Counted from the stretch's first letter, positions 51,070-61,376 are shown. The stretch: DNA of 64,000 nucleotides from an uncultured delta proteobacterium (GCA_963755715.1 CAVWLW010000056.1:1-64000), one strand, 5' to 3'. Notes: generated by a model from the sequence alone, not told the origin. Numbers and translations: made by a program.

Positions 51070-51663
51070 TTATTTGGTTATAGCCAAGATCTGCGTGCCG
51101 TACAGTTTTATCAATTGGTCGCGCTCGTCGGATTCCGGTAAGTTTTTCAAACGATCTTCGATCCGGCCGCGTTCTTCCTGTTTCAGTTCGCTCCAGCGCT
51201 CCAAGTCTTTTTGCATTTTATCCCGCTCATCGGCAGACAGCGGTTGTACCACTGGCTCGATTTTAGCGGCCGCTGCTCGTGCATCGGCAACGTCCGGCCG
51301 CGCGCTAAGCACAACGGCGCGGTGTGGATGTCCTTTTTCGTCATACATGAAGGCGAAATTTTTGTAACCGATTGAAGAAATGAGCGAGCGCACAGCGGGC
51401 TCCAGGGGTTGGTGATCTAGCTTGAGGTTGACCATCTTCGTCGCCGATGCAGGCGGGACAACTATTTGAAATCCCGTCGTGGCGTGGATCGCGGATAGCG
51501 CGAATGGAATCGGCGTCTGATCAAATGCCAGAGAAACCGCGCCGTTTCGATAATCGACCCAGGGTCGGTAAAAGTCATCCGGGCCGGTTTGAGCGAGAGC
51601 TGGCGAGAGCCGTGATATCCAGCAGAGCGCCAGCAGCGAGATTATCAGCTCACGTGTTTTCAT
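51070..51663 (-). CDS. Secreted hypothetical protein (possible STN/secretin N-domain-like plus helical C-terminus)
   Basis: Signal peptide; VSLAFDQTPI..AL..I..TGF.IV....VNLKL...PLE.AVRSL; GGAGG RBS. Confidence 0.65.
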   Translation of the reverse strand: MKTRELIISLLALCWISRLSPALAQTGPDDFYRPWVDYRNGAVSLAFDQTPIPFALSAIHATTGFQIVVPPASATKMVNLKLDHQPLEPAVRSLISSIGYKNFAFMYDEKGHPHRAVVLSARPDVADARAAAAKIEPVVQPLSADERDKMQKDLERWSELKQEERGRIEDRLKNLPESDERDQLIKLYGTQILAITK

Positions 51664-51691
51664 GGATTTGACCTCCGCTAGGGTCAAACAG

Positions 51692-51707
51692 AGCAACGTC
51701 CATACCG
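51692..51707 (-). promoter_or_regulatory. Putative sigma54 (-24/-12) promoter
   Basis: CGGTATGGACGTTGCT (GG-N10-GC) 29 bp upstream of the start at 51663. Confidence 0.5.
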
Positions 51708-52127
51708 CGCTGTTCTATGCCCCCAAGAGCCAAAAACTCACTTTTTGCGCTCAATCTTTCCCTTTCGACGCCAGATGTCGTTCGACTTGGAACAAATTTG
51801 TGCTGATTATTTGTCAATCAACGGAGGAGGTCTGAAGCGGTCGACCGTTTAGAGAGGCTTGACGGGCACCGGATTCACCCGGCAAATCTCTTGAGCGTAT
51901 CACCTGACAGCGCGGTCACTGGAGAATCGTCCCATGTGCGCCACGTTCAAAATGCGACTTGCGGCTCCAGCCCTCGACGTCGAGATAGGCGAGGGAAGCT
52001 TTCCATTGACCCGTCGACGTCCGCTTCAAATTCGGCCACAGCAAACCGTTTACTCACATCCGGATGGCGCTTTGGAAAGGAACTCGGTCGTCTGACTTGC
52101 GACTCACAGGAGCCGGATCACGCCATT

Positions 52128-53153
52128 CTATACCCCGCCGAATCCTTCATCTTGCGCTTCGGCGAGAAGCCACGGATCTTTGATCTCCGTCGTCGGGCCT
52201 TTGCCGCTCAAGACGTTGGCGACTTCGCGCGCCGCGTGAGTTTGGCAGTCGACATAGGATTCGTCCGAGTTCGCCGCCGTGTGGCAGGTGACGATGACGT
52301 TGGGCAGAGTAAGCAACTTGTGATCAGCCGGCAGCGGTTCGGGCTCGGTTACATCCAACGCGGCGCCAGCAAGTTCGCCGGCGACCAGCGCGTCATAGAG
52401 CGCGTCGGAATCGACCAAGCCGCCGCGCGCGCAGTTGATTAGGTAAGCCGTGTTTTTCATCGCTTTGAATTGTGGCGCGCCGAACATATGGCGCGTCTGT
52501 TTGGTGAGCGGCGCGTGTACGCTGATGAAATCCGAGGTTTTTACCAGCTCATCGAAGGAAACCATCTTGACGCCCATTTTTTCCGCGACCTTCGGGTCCA
52601 GATAGGGATCGAAGGTTTGCACGTTGAGCCGCATGCCTTGAGCGCGCGGCGCCACTTGCTTGCCCACGTGTCCCAGCCCGACGATGCCCATCGTGCATCC
52701 TTGGATGCGATAGACTCGTCCGCGGTAGGCGTGCAGCTCGGCCGTATGGCGCCGCCATTTGCCGTCGTGCACGTACTGGTTCATGCGCATGAGCTTGCGT
52801 GAGATAGCGATCAGCAGGCCGATCGCTTGCTCGGAGACTTCGATGGAGTTACAGCCCGCCGCGTTGCAGATGATCAGGCCGTGATCGCTGGCGGCTTTGA
52901 GATCCATGCGATCGACGCCGACACCGGTGCGGGCGACGACTTTGGTGCGCTTGAGCTGCGCAATGATTTCGCGCGTCAGCGGCACCGACCCGTGCATGAT
53001 GATGCCGTCGGCGTCTTTGCCCATCTCGACCACTTCGGCGTCGTTGGTCGGGCGGCGAATCGTCATGTCGGCGTCGATCTCGGCCAAAATCGGTTTGATC
53101 AAATCGACCGGCACGTCGTTGCTGCCGAAATAAACTACGTGAAATTTGCTCAT
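52128..53153 (-). CDS. D-isomer-specific 2-hydroxyacid dehydrogenase (SerA/CtBP-like)
   Basis: RTGVGVD, GIVGLGHVG, SVHAPLT, INCARGGLVD, ALDVTEPEP, TCHTA. Confidence 0.93.
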   Translation of the reverse strand: MSKFHVVYFGSNDVPVDLIKPILAEIDADMTIRRPTNDAEVVEMGKDADGIIMHGSVPLTREIIAQLKRTKVVARTGVGVDRMDLKAASDHGLIICNAAGCNSIEVSEQAIGLLIAISRKLMRMNQYVHDGKWRRHTAELHAYRGRVYRIQGCTMGIVGLGHVGKQVAPRAQGMRLNVQTFDPYLDPKVAEKMGVKMVSFDELVKTSDFISVHAPLTKQTRHMFGAPQFKAMKNTAYLINCARGGLVDSDALYDALVAGELAGAALDVTEPEPLPADHKLLTLPNVIVTCHTAANSDESYVDCQTHAAREVANVLSGKGPTTEIKDPWLLAEAQDEGFGGV

Positions 53154-53158
53154 GGGAA

Positions 53159-54296
53159 TTAAACCTCCAGTCCGTATAAGCGCACCGGGTTGTCCCAGAG
53201 AATTTTCCGCCGCGCTTGCTGTGAAATGTGATTGTTCTTGGTGAGATCGCCCACGGTGCGATCGGGGAATTTGCCGATGCAGTCGCTATGCGGATAGTCG
53301 GTGGCGATGGTCAAGTAATCGTCGCCGACATGCTCGATAAAAACCGGCGCGAGCTCTTCGCCCGCCTCGCAACTCGCCCAACATTGGCGCTTGAAATAAT
53401 AGCTCGGCTTTTCTTTGGTGGTCTTTGCCTGGCCGTGACCTTCGTGTTCCCAGTGTTCGTCCATGCGCTCGAGCCAAAACGGCACCCAACCGCAGCCGGA
53501 TTCCAAATAGGCGACTTTGAGCTTGGGAATTTTTTCCAGCACGCCGTCGGCGCAGAAATTTAAACTGGCGAGCATCTGTTCGAGCGGATGGCAGGCGATA
53601 TGGCGGCCGAATTCGCTGTAGCGGTCGGAGCCGGCTTGTTCGAGCACCGTGCGCGCGCCTTCATGGACGCAGATCGCGACGCCGAGGTCCGCGGCGGTTT
53701 CATAGATCGGGAAATAGTCGGGGCTCGCGAGCGTGCGTCCGCATAGTTTGTTGGGCCGCCAGAAAATGCCGACATGGCCGAGTTTCTCTTTGGCGTATTT
53801 CAGTTCTGTCCACCGCGCGCGCCGGGTCTTGGAGTGGAACCAGGCAAACACCGTGCAGCCGTTTGGGATCGTAACTGCAATAGTCGGCGAGCCAAGTATT
53901 ATACGCCCGGCAAATCGCCGCGCTCAGCTCCGGATCGAGATTGTCGCGCCACATGATGTAGAGGCCAAGAGTCGGAAACAAGACACTGACGTCGACGCCT
54001 TCGCGATCCATATCGCGCACGTTGGAAGCGGCGTCGAATTTCGCCGCCAGCGCTTCGGCGAAAGTCTCGCGCCAGCGCTTCGATGCGCCGAAGGTAAAGC
54101 CGTAATCTTCCTGCTTGACTGTCGGCCGCATCTTATCGGCATCGGAGATCGGCTCGCCGTCGATGGCGCGGCGCGATTGGTTCGGCCCTTCGATTTTCAC
54201 CCGCCCGCGAAATTTAGCGGGTAAATATTTCTCGAACAAGTCGCTCGGCTCGAGCACATGGCGATCGGCATCGATGACCTTGAAATTATCTCGCAT
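53159..54296 (-). CDS. Amidohydrolase family protein (Amidohydro_2), frameshifted at ~53820
   Basis: IDADRHVLEP, LFPTLGL, YNTWLADYC; next frame CVHEG, LESGCGW, TDYPH, ILWDNP. Confidence 0.88.
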
Positions 54297-54576
54297 GATT
54301 TCACTCCTTCTCTCTTTGCCCGCACGTTGAGGCGATTCGGTCGCTGGATTAATGCTCGTCTGATTAGCTCTTCATAGATAGGCACGAGTCGCAGTAGACG
54401 AAATCAACAGCGAGTTGACGACGGCATGGTATGGCACGAGCCAGAGCGTGAATGAGAAAGAAGTCGCTGATGACAACAGAGCTTGTCGCTCGAACGAAGT
54501 GGCCATCGTTGCCAACTCCTGAGTTCGGCAACATAGACGGCGGCCGCGGAGTCGTAGTAGATTGGCCACGCACACT

Positions 54577-56257
54577 ATGAATATACGCCGCACGCGCCTG
54601 ACCACCGGATTGGTTTTGCTCACTTATTTGTCGACGCATTTGCTCAACCATGCGCTCGGCTTGATCTCGCTCGACGCGATGAACGACGGTCGAGTTTGGT
54701 TTCTGGCCTTGTGGCGCAATCCGGCGGGGACGGCGCTGCTATATACGTCTTTACTCACGCATTTTTCGCTGGCTCTCTGGTCGCTTTATCAGCGCCGCCA
54801 TCTGCGCATCCCGCTATGGGAAGCGCTGCAATTGACGCTCGGCTTGTCGATCCCGCCGCTGCTTTCGCTTCATTTCGTCGGCACGCGGATGCAGCATGAA
54901 TGGTTTGGCGTGGATGATTCCTACTCTCTGTTGGTTCTGACACTGTGGCATGCCCAGCCGTGGGATGGACTGAAGCAAGCGACTCTCATCACCGTCGCCT
55001 GGCTGCACGGCTGCATCGGCTTTCATTTTTGGCTGCGGCTGCGACCGTGGTATCGCCGGGTGGCGCCGATTTTTCTCGGCTGCGCTTTACTGCTGCCGGT
55101 CTTGGGGCTGCTCGGATTCACGCAAGCCGGTCATGAGGTTGACAGTCTAGTGGCGCGCAACCCCGACTGGATTGCCCAAGTTGTGCAGCAGTCGAACGTG
55201 CCGCCGCGCAGCCAACGCGAATCTCTTTATCGTCTCGACGACGCCATTGTGGCGACCTATGTGCTCGCGGTTATTTTGACGCTGCTCGCCCGCATCGCGC
55301 GCGATATCTTTGAGCGGCGCAGCAGAATCCGTATCAGATATCCGGGCGAGCGCGAAGTCCAGGTGCCGCGCGGTTTTTCAGTCCTCGAAGCGAGCCGCTT
55401 TGCCGGTCTCCCCCATGCTTCGGTTTGCGGTGGCCGCGGCCGCTGCTCGACTTGCCGGATTCGCGTCACCGACGGACTTTCGAAACAACCGCTGCCGAGC
55501 ACTGCGGAGCAAAGGGTGCTGCAGCGCGTCGGCGCGCCGCCGAACGTGCGCTTGGCTTGCCAACTGCGGCCGGTGGAAAACCTTTCAGTTACGCCGCTCG
55601 TGCCCGCCAATGCGCACGCGAGCGACGGTTACGCCCAGCCGTCCTATCTTGCCGGTCAGGAAAGAACCATCGCGGTTTTATTCGCCGATCTGCGCACGTT
55701 TACCGGCATCGCTGAGCAAAAACTGCCGTACGATTTGGTTTTCCTGCTAAACAGTTATTTCGAAACGGTCGGCGAGAGCATCGCCAGCGCCGGCGGTATG
55801 GTCGACAAATTCATCGGCGACGGTGTCATGGCTTTGTTCGGCATCGAAGCGGGGCCGGCGGAGGGTTGCCGCCAAGCGCTGGCGGCGGCGCAGCGCATGG
55901 TCGACCAGGTCCAAATGCTCAGCCAGGCGCTCGCCGAGGAGTTGGCGGAACCACTCAGGATCGGCGTCGGCATACACTGCGGACCGGCGGTGGTCGGCCG
56001 CATGGGTTATGGCGCCACCATTCATTTGACGGCCATCGGCGACACGGTCAACGTGGCGAGCCGCCTGCAGGATCTGACAAAGGAATTCAGTTGCCACTTG
56101 GTGATCTCCGAAGAAGTGGCGCAGCAGGCGGGATTGAACTTGAGCGCGATTGCCGAGGCACGAGATCACGGTGAGAAATCGCCGTGAAGCGCTGGCGATC
56201 TTTGTCGTTGACGATGTCGCGGCGTTAGCAATTCATCAGGATGCCGCGATTACTTAG
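54577..56257 (+). CDS. Class III adenylate cyclase with His-rich membrane domain and 2Fe-2S ferredoxin (CyaC-like); C-terminal frameshift at ~56148
   Basis: TM His motifs THLLNH, THF, LHF, WLHG; CGGRGRCSTC...RLAC; LFADLRTFT, KFIGDG, GDTVNVASRLQ; corrected end HEITVRNRREALAIF. Confidence 0.87.
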
Positions 56258-56341
56258 GGCCTAACTTTATTCTCTCTTGCGATTCGACCCACTGCAGCGG
56301 CGTGTCCAAAACGGGGCAAAAGTCAGAGCGACGGAGTGATG

Positions 56342-56921
56342 TCAATCTAACTTACTGGCCGGCGCCAGCCCCGCAGACGTGTCGCCGAGCACCGCGCCGT
56401 GATCGATGCCGAGGGTCTTGATCCAGCGCTGTTGGCCGAGCGTAAGGCCGATGAAAAAGCCGAGCTCGACCAGTTCAGGAATCGTGAAGTGACTGATGGA
56501 GTTTTTCCCAGAGCGCGTCATCGGCGATGTCGGAATTCCAGGCGATAGCGCTGGTGTAAGTCAGCGCGACTTTTTCCCGCTCGGTGAACTTGTCCGAGTC
56601 GGCGAAATTGAGCAGCTCATCATACTTCTCTTCGGTGAGGCCCTGCCGTCCAGCCTGGACGGAGCGTTGCACGCCTCAATATTCGCACTGGATCGATTTC
56701 GAGACGTAGACCCGGCAGAGCTCTTTCAACGCGTGATCGAGGACGCCGTTCCGAAAGGTAAGCTCCCATGCTTGGGAGAAGGCGCGGATGACGTTGGGCA
56801 CATGGGCGCGTACCGCCTGGCTTTCAGGCCGCGGCGTGCCTTCGCGGCGGGCGCGTTCGAGATAGCCTTTGATTTCCGGGTCGGTGACTTTATCAGGATC
56901 GACGTAAGGAATTCGCGGCAT
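56342..56921 (-). CDS. Carboxymuconolactone decarboxylase/AhpD-like selenoprotein, CxxU motif (UGA at 56676-56678); frameshift at ~56488
   Basis: LKELCRVYVSKSIQCEY-U-GVQRS reads in frame into FTEREKVAL.Y...DDALWEKLH; after a 1-nt correction HFTIPELVELGFFIGL. Confidence 0.78.
56646..56662 (-). promoter_or_regulatory. Putative bacterial SECIS hairpin of the AhpD-like gene
   Basis: Minus strand CCGUCCA-GGC-UGGACGG; the loop begins 21 nt after the UGA. Confidence 0.55.
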
Positions 56922-56941
56922 GGATCACCTCTTTCTTGTGT

Positions 56942-57040
56942 AAATCCGAAATCCGAAGCTCGAAATGCCAAACAAACACTCGGCGAGCAGCTTCGAGTTT
57001 TGGGTTTTTTGATCATTTAGAGTTGTTTCGAGTTTCGGAT
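56942..57040. repeat. Intergenic inverted repeat of AAATCCG/TTCGGAT-like units
   Basis: aaatccgaaatccgaagctcgaaatgccaaac ... gttgtttcgagtttcggat. Confidence 0.5.
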
Positions 57041-57076
57041 GTCCAGTTTGTTTCTAGGTCTTGACGTTCGCTGTCA

Positions 57077-58069
57077 CTACAGACCTAGTAATCTGGCGGC
57101 ATTGCCGCCGAGCACGTTTTCTTTGTCCTTCGCGGTAAGCCCATCGATTTGATTAACGAGCGAAACCTGATCGGCACCCATCATCGGCGTTGGATAGTCG
57201 GTGCCGAGCAGGACGTGATCACTCCCCATGGTTTTAATCAGAAACTCAAGGGACGCCGGATCGAAAACGCAGGTGTCGAAGTACATGCGGCCGAGATATT
57301 CATCGATCGGGCGGGTAATCACCTCCCTCGCTTCATACCGGCTTGACTGACCATGGCGCCAGCGACCGCGAATCCACGGCGAATAGCCGCCGCCGTGAGC
57401 GCAGCAGATTTTCAATTCGGGCAATCGCTCGAGCACGCCGCCGAAGATCAAACTCGCTTGCGCGATGGTGGTTTCCAGCGGGTTGCCGATTAAATTAGCC
57501 AGCGCATATTTCTTTAATCGATCGGCGGCGGCGACTTCGTGCGGATGTATGAAGATAAGCACGCCGCGCTCCTGAGCGCGCTCGAAGAACGGAAAAAATT
57601 CCGCTTCGTCCAAATTCTTGCCGTGGTGGCTCGCCGGGATTAACACCGTGCGCATGCCATGTTCCTTGACGACCCGGTCGAGCTCGCAAATCGCCTCGCC
57701 GACGTCCTGAAAGGGCACGATGGCCATGCCCACCATGCGTCCGGGATAGCGCTTCGCGTCTTCGGCTATGGCGTCATTGACTACCTGGCAAACGCGCACG
57801 CCGACCGCCGTCGGCGCCCACAGCGGCAAGAGCGGCGGCAATAGCGACTCGACGATGACGTCGACTTGCTCCGCGGCCATCTCGCGCAGGCGGAGCTCCG
57901 GCTCGATCAGATTCGTACGCACGCGCGTCGAGCGGCCGTTGTCCTGCACGACCGATTCGCGTCCCTGGTCGTCTTTTTCGACGCGGCAGCCCATGCTCCT
58001 GGGGTCGCGCCGGATCGCTTCGAGGTACTTCGCCGGCGCGGTGTGGCTGTGGATGTCTGCTCTCATCAT
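57077..58069 (-). CDS. Amidohydrolase family protein (ACMSD-like decarboxylase/hydratase)
   Basis: DIHSH, VNDAIA, IFIHP, GNPLET, AHGGG, YFDT, LGTDYP. Confidence 0.92.
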   Translation of the reverse strand: MMRADIHSHTAPAKYLEAIRRDPRSMGCRVEKDDQGRESVVQDNGRSTRVRTNLIEPELRLREMAAEQVDVIVESLLPPLLPLWAPTAVGVRVCQVVNDAIAEDAKRYPGRMVGMAIVPFQDVGEAICELDRVVKEHGMRTVLIPASHHGKNLDEAEFFPFFERAQERGVLIFIHPHEVAAADRLKKYALANLIGNPLETTIAQASLIFGGVLERLPELKICCAHGGGYSPWIRGRWRHGQSSRYEAREVITRPIDEYLGRMYFDTCVFDPASLEFLIKTMGSDHVLLGTDYPTPMMGADQVSLVNQIDGLTAKDKENVLGGNAARLLGL

Positions 58070-58109
58070 TCTTTTCCTCGTATGGTTGATGGTACGGTTA
58101 TATTCGTCT

Positions 58110-59135
58110 CTACTTCGCGGCGAACTGTTTGAAGAAGCCTTCCTCTTCGAGTTTTCTGAGAAATTTTCGCTCGATGAAGTCGGCTGGATTTTTACCCTTG
58201 AGCGCGGGGCGCTGTTCGGCGAGGTAGTCGAGAATAAACTTGACACCCTCAGGAGACGGCGTCAGCGTTAAATTCAAATGTTTCGCGAACGTCTCCTGCG
58301 ACTGAATCAACGCCGGGTCGTCTTTGGGCACCCGCATATATCTCGCGATCACCGGGAGGGTCTGTTCAGGACGAGTTTTGTATAAATAAATCGCTTCCGA
58401 GGTTGCGCGCAGAATGTTCAAGATAGTTTCCGGATTCCCTTCGCTGTATTTTCTCGTGCTCACCACCGAAAGAGTCGGGAAGGGAAAATCCAAACTTGCA
58501 AGATCAAAAATTTCCCGGAAGCCATTGCGTGCCGCTAAATGAGTCGTCGGGGCCGTCAACACGCCGGCGGGAAATCTTCCTTGCATCAGTGCATTGAGCA
58601 CGTCGGGCGAGCCGCCCGAAGCGAAGAGCATCACGTCCTTGTTCGGTGCCCAGCCGAAGTTGTTGAGAAACAGCAGGGCTGCGAAGTAGGTATTCCCGCC
58701 CACGCTGCCAGTAGCGAGTGCTTTCCCCTTGAGGTCGCTGATCTGCTTGATCTGCGCGCTAGCATGTACGGCGAAGTTGAGCCGAGTAAATACGGTGCCA
58801 AGAATGGCAACGTCCGCACCCTGCGCCGCGGCCGCAACGGTTGCCGCGCCGCCGACTTGCGAAACATCGATCGAGCCACCGAGCATCGCTTGGATTGGTC
58901 TGGCGCCGGAGACGTAAACCAACTCCGTATCGAGACCATACTTCTCGAATAATTTCAGCTCCTGAGCAATCCAGAACGGCGGGTTGGCATAGGCGAAAGC
59001 GCTGTACGCCAAGCGTACTTTCTTCAAAGGCGTCGCGGCCATGAGGCGCGGCACTAATATAACTGCGGCAAGCAAAAGCAGCGCGTGTATCGTGGTGAGG
59101 CGAATAATCGTTGCGACTTTGGTCATGCCGCCCAT
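58110..59135 (-). CDS. ABC transporter substrate-binding protein (NMT1/SsuA-like)
   Basis: Signal peptide; LFEKYGLDTELVY, DLKGK, KLEEEGFFKQ. Confidence 0.88.
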   Translation of the reverse strand: MGGMTKVATIIRLTTIHALLLLAAVILVPRLMAATPLKKVRLAYSAFAYANPPFWIAQELKLFEKYGLDTELVYVSGARPIQAMLGGSIDVSQVGGAATVAAAAQGADVAILGTVFTRLNFAVHASAQIKQISDLKGKALATGSVGGNTYFAALLFLNNFGWAPNKDVMLFASGGSPDVLNALMQGRFPAGVLTAPTTHLAARNGFREIFDLASLDFPFPTLSVVSTRKYSEGNPETILNILRATSEAIYLYKTRPEQTLPVIARYMRVPKDDPALIQSQETFAKHLNLTLTPSPEGVKFILDYLAEQRPALKGKNPADFIERKFLRKLEEEGFFKQFAAK

Positions 59136-59148
59136 AGCGAAAATAAAT

Positions 59149-59640
59149 TCACCTTTGCGTGGACTGTTCCCATTCTTTGAGAATGTCGTTGAGCTGATCG
59201 CGAATTTCGCCTTCGCTTTTGCTCAGGTCCATCGGTTTGCCGAAAGGCTGCGGCACGTCGACGCCGCTCGGCCAATAGACTTCCACCGAATTGCCGTCGG
59301 GATCCTGCGCATAGACGCTGACTGTATTGCCGTGGCTGACGACGCGGTTGATCGGCACGTGATTATCGACGAAGGTTTTGTAGAAATCTTTGACGTCTTT
59401 GAGCGTCGCGCAGCGGAAGGAGATTTGCTGCAGCACGTGAACGTCGCCCTCGTCGTTGCGGCCGGGCGCAAGAAGCAATTCGTGATGTTCCACCGCGCGG
59501 TCCTGGGCGGTCATGAAAACACCGCCTCTCGGGCTCCGGTCGCTCACTTGCAGGCCGAGAATATCGCGATAGAAAGCCACCGAGCGTTCGATGTCGCGCA
59601 CGTGAACGCCCACGTGGCCCAACGAATTGACTTTCGGCAT
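59149..59640 (-). CDS. VOC family protein (glyoxalase/extradiol dioxygenase-like)
   Basis: LGHVGVHVRDIERSVAFYRDILGL, EHHEL, HG..SVY..DPDGNSVEVY. Confidence 0.9.
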   Translation of the reverse strand: MPKVNSLGHVGVHVRDIERSVAFYRDILGLQVSDRSPRGGVFMTAQDRAVEHHELLLAPGRNDEGDVHVLQQISFRCATLKDVKDFYKTFVDNHVPINRVVSHGNTVSVYAQDPDGNSVEVYWPSGVDVPQPFGKPMDLSKSEGEIRDQLNDILKEWEQSTQR

Positions 59641-59738
59641 AGGACCTCCTTTGGACGGCTGGATTGTTAAATACTCGGACAGACGCTGTCAATGCTTGGG
59701 CGGTTTGGCATTTTGGATCTTTGCGGCCGAGTTCTACT

Positions 59739-61376
59739 CTAGCTGCGGCGAAGAAGCCGGGCGAATCTTCCAACGACGGCATTTCTGGCCTCGTTCAATT
59801 CCTCGACTCGCAATAAGCGACAGCTCCAGTAAAAAACCATTGCCGCTAAACCGATCGCGCCGATCACTTGGACTAGATGAAGCGCGAGCCCGCGGAGCGG
59901 CAGTCTAGATAGAGATTCGCTCACGAGCCATGCGACGGCCGCCATCGCGAGCGATGCGACGGTGACGCGCAGCACCGTACTGCCGAGTTGCCGTCCGCCC
60001 AATCTGCCGAGACGGCGGCGCATGAAGAGCGCCAGCAGGAGAAAATTTACAAGGGCGACGGTCGACGTCGAAAAAGCCAAACCGACATGGCCGAACGGAC
60101 CGACGAGCAGCGAATTCATCACGAAGTTGACCGCGATCGAGCCGAGGCTGATCAGCATCGGCGTGCGTGCGTCGTTCAGCGCATAAAACGCCGGGGAAAG
60201 CACTTTAACGGCGGCATAGCCGGCGAGACCGATGGCATAAGCGGCCAAGGCATTCGCCGTTTGCATGGTATCGAAGCTGGTAAACTTGCCGTGCTCGAAC
60301 ACCAGCGCCACGATCGGTCGGCCTAAAACCGCCAGACCGACCGCGGAGGGAATACACAGGAGAAAAACCAGCGCCAACGAGTGTGCCAGTGTTTGGCGAA
60401 ATTCGACATAGTCCGGATTCGTCGTGCTGCGCGACAACGGCGGCAACGCTGCGGTCGCGATGGCGACGCCGAACACGCCGATCGGAAACTGCATAAAGCG
60501 GAAAGCATAGCTTAACCAAGACACCGGGCCGTTGAGCACGGCGCCGGTCGCCGGATCGACGATTTCCGAAGCGAAGTTGGTGTTCACGAAAACATTGATC
60601 TGAACTGCGGCGGTGCCGATGATCGCGGGGCCCATGAGGCGCATGATCTGACGCACTCCCGGATCGGTGAAGTTCAGCATGGGCCGGTATCTGAAACCGG
60701 CGCGGCGCAGACTCGGCCACTGCACGGCGAATTGGAGAAAGCCGCCGACGAGGGTGCCGTATGCCATGCCTTCGATGGCACTGAGACCGAAAAACGGTCC
60801 CATTGTAAAACCGAGGAATAATCCGCCGATGATCGAGCCCAGATTGAAAAACACCGGGGCGATGGCCGGAATCGCAAAGTTGTTGCGCGCATTCAATATG
60901 CCCATCGCTTTTGCGGCGAGCGCGATCAGCAGCAAGAACGGAATCATGATGCGGGTCAGGTGTATGGTCAACTCCGCCTTGCCGGGCACGTCGAAAAAAC
61001 CGGGAGCCAGTAAATAGACGATGGATGGCGCAAAGATCCAACCGACAATGCAGATCAGGCCCAGCAGGATCATCAACGCCGTGGCGACCCGATTTGATAA
61101 ACGAAAGGCTTCCTCTGCGCCTTTGCTTTGCTGAACCTGCGTAAAGGTGGTGACGAAAGCCGCGGACAGGGCGCCTTCGGCGAACAAATCGCGCAGCAAA
61201 TTCGGAATGCGGAACGCGGTGAGAAAAGCATCGTACTGGAGTCCGGCACCGAATAACGCGGCAAACACCTGATCGCGCACCAATCCCAATATACGGCTCG
61301 CCATGACTGCTAGGCTGATGACACCGGCATTGCGCGCGACGCTGGCGCGGCCTTGTTGAATGCGATCTTTTTCCAT
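59739..61376 (-). CDS. murJ: Lipid II flippase MurJ (MviN)
   Basis: SRILGLVRD, AFRIPNLLRDLFAEGALSAAFV, QFPIGVFGVAIAT, FYALNDARTP. Confidence 0.96.
   Translation of the reverse strand: MEKDRIQQGRASVARNAGVISLAVMASRILGLVRDQVFAALFGAGLQYDAFLTAFRIPNLLRDLFAEGALSAAFVTTFTQVQQSKGAEEAFRLSNRVATALMILLGLICIVGWIFAPSIVYLLAPGFFDVPGKAELTIHLTRIMIPFLLLIALAAKAMGILNARNNFAIPAIAPVFFNLGSIIGGLFLGFTMGPFFGLSAIEGMAYGTLVGGFLQFAVQWPSLRRAGFRYRPMLNFTDPGVRQIMRLMGPAIIGTAAVQINVFVNTNFASEIVDPATGAVLNGPVSWLSYAFRFMQFPIGVFGVAIATAALPPLSRSTTNPDYVEFRQTLAHSLALVFLLCIPSAVGLAVLGRPIVALVFEHGKFTSFDTMQTANALAAYAIGLAGYAAVKVLSPAFYALNDARTPMLISLGSIAVNFVMNSLLVGPFGHVGLAFSTSTVALVNFLLLALFMRRRLGRLGGRQLGSTVLRVTVASLAMAAVAWLVSESLSRLPLRGLALHLVQVIGAIGLAAMVFYWSCRLLRVEELNEARNAVVGRFARLLRRS

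Noticed and set aside
51830-52125. Long intergenic region with a faint glycine-riboswitch-like look (agagagg...caccgga...aatctct...ctggaga)
   Set aside because: Core CCGAAG and CTCTCAGG elements are missing and there is no downstream plus-strand gene; an Rfam scan would settle it
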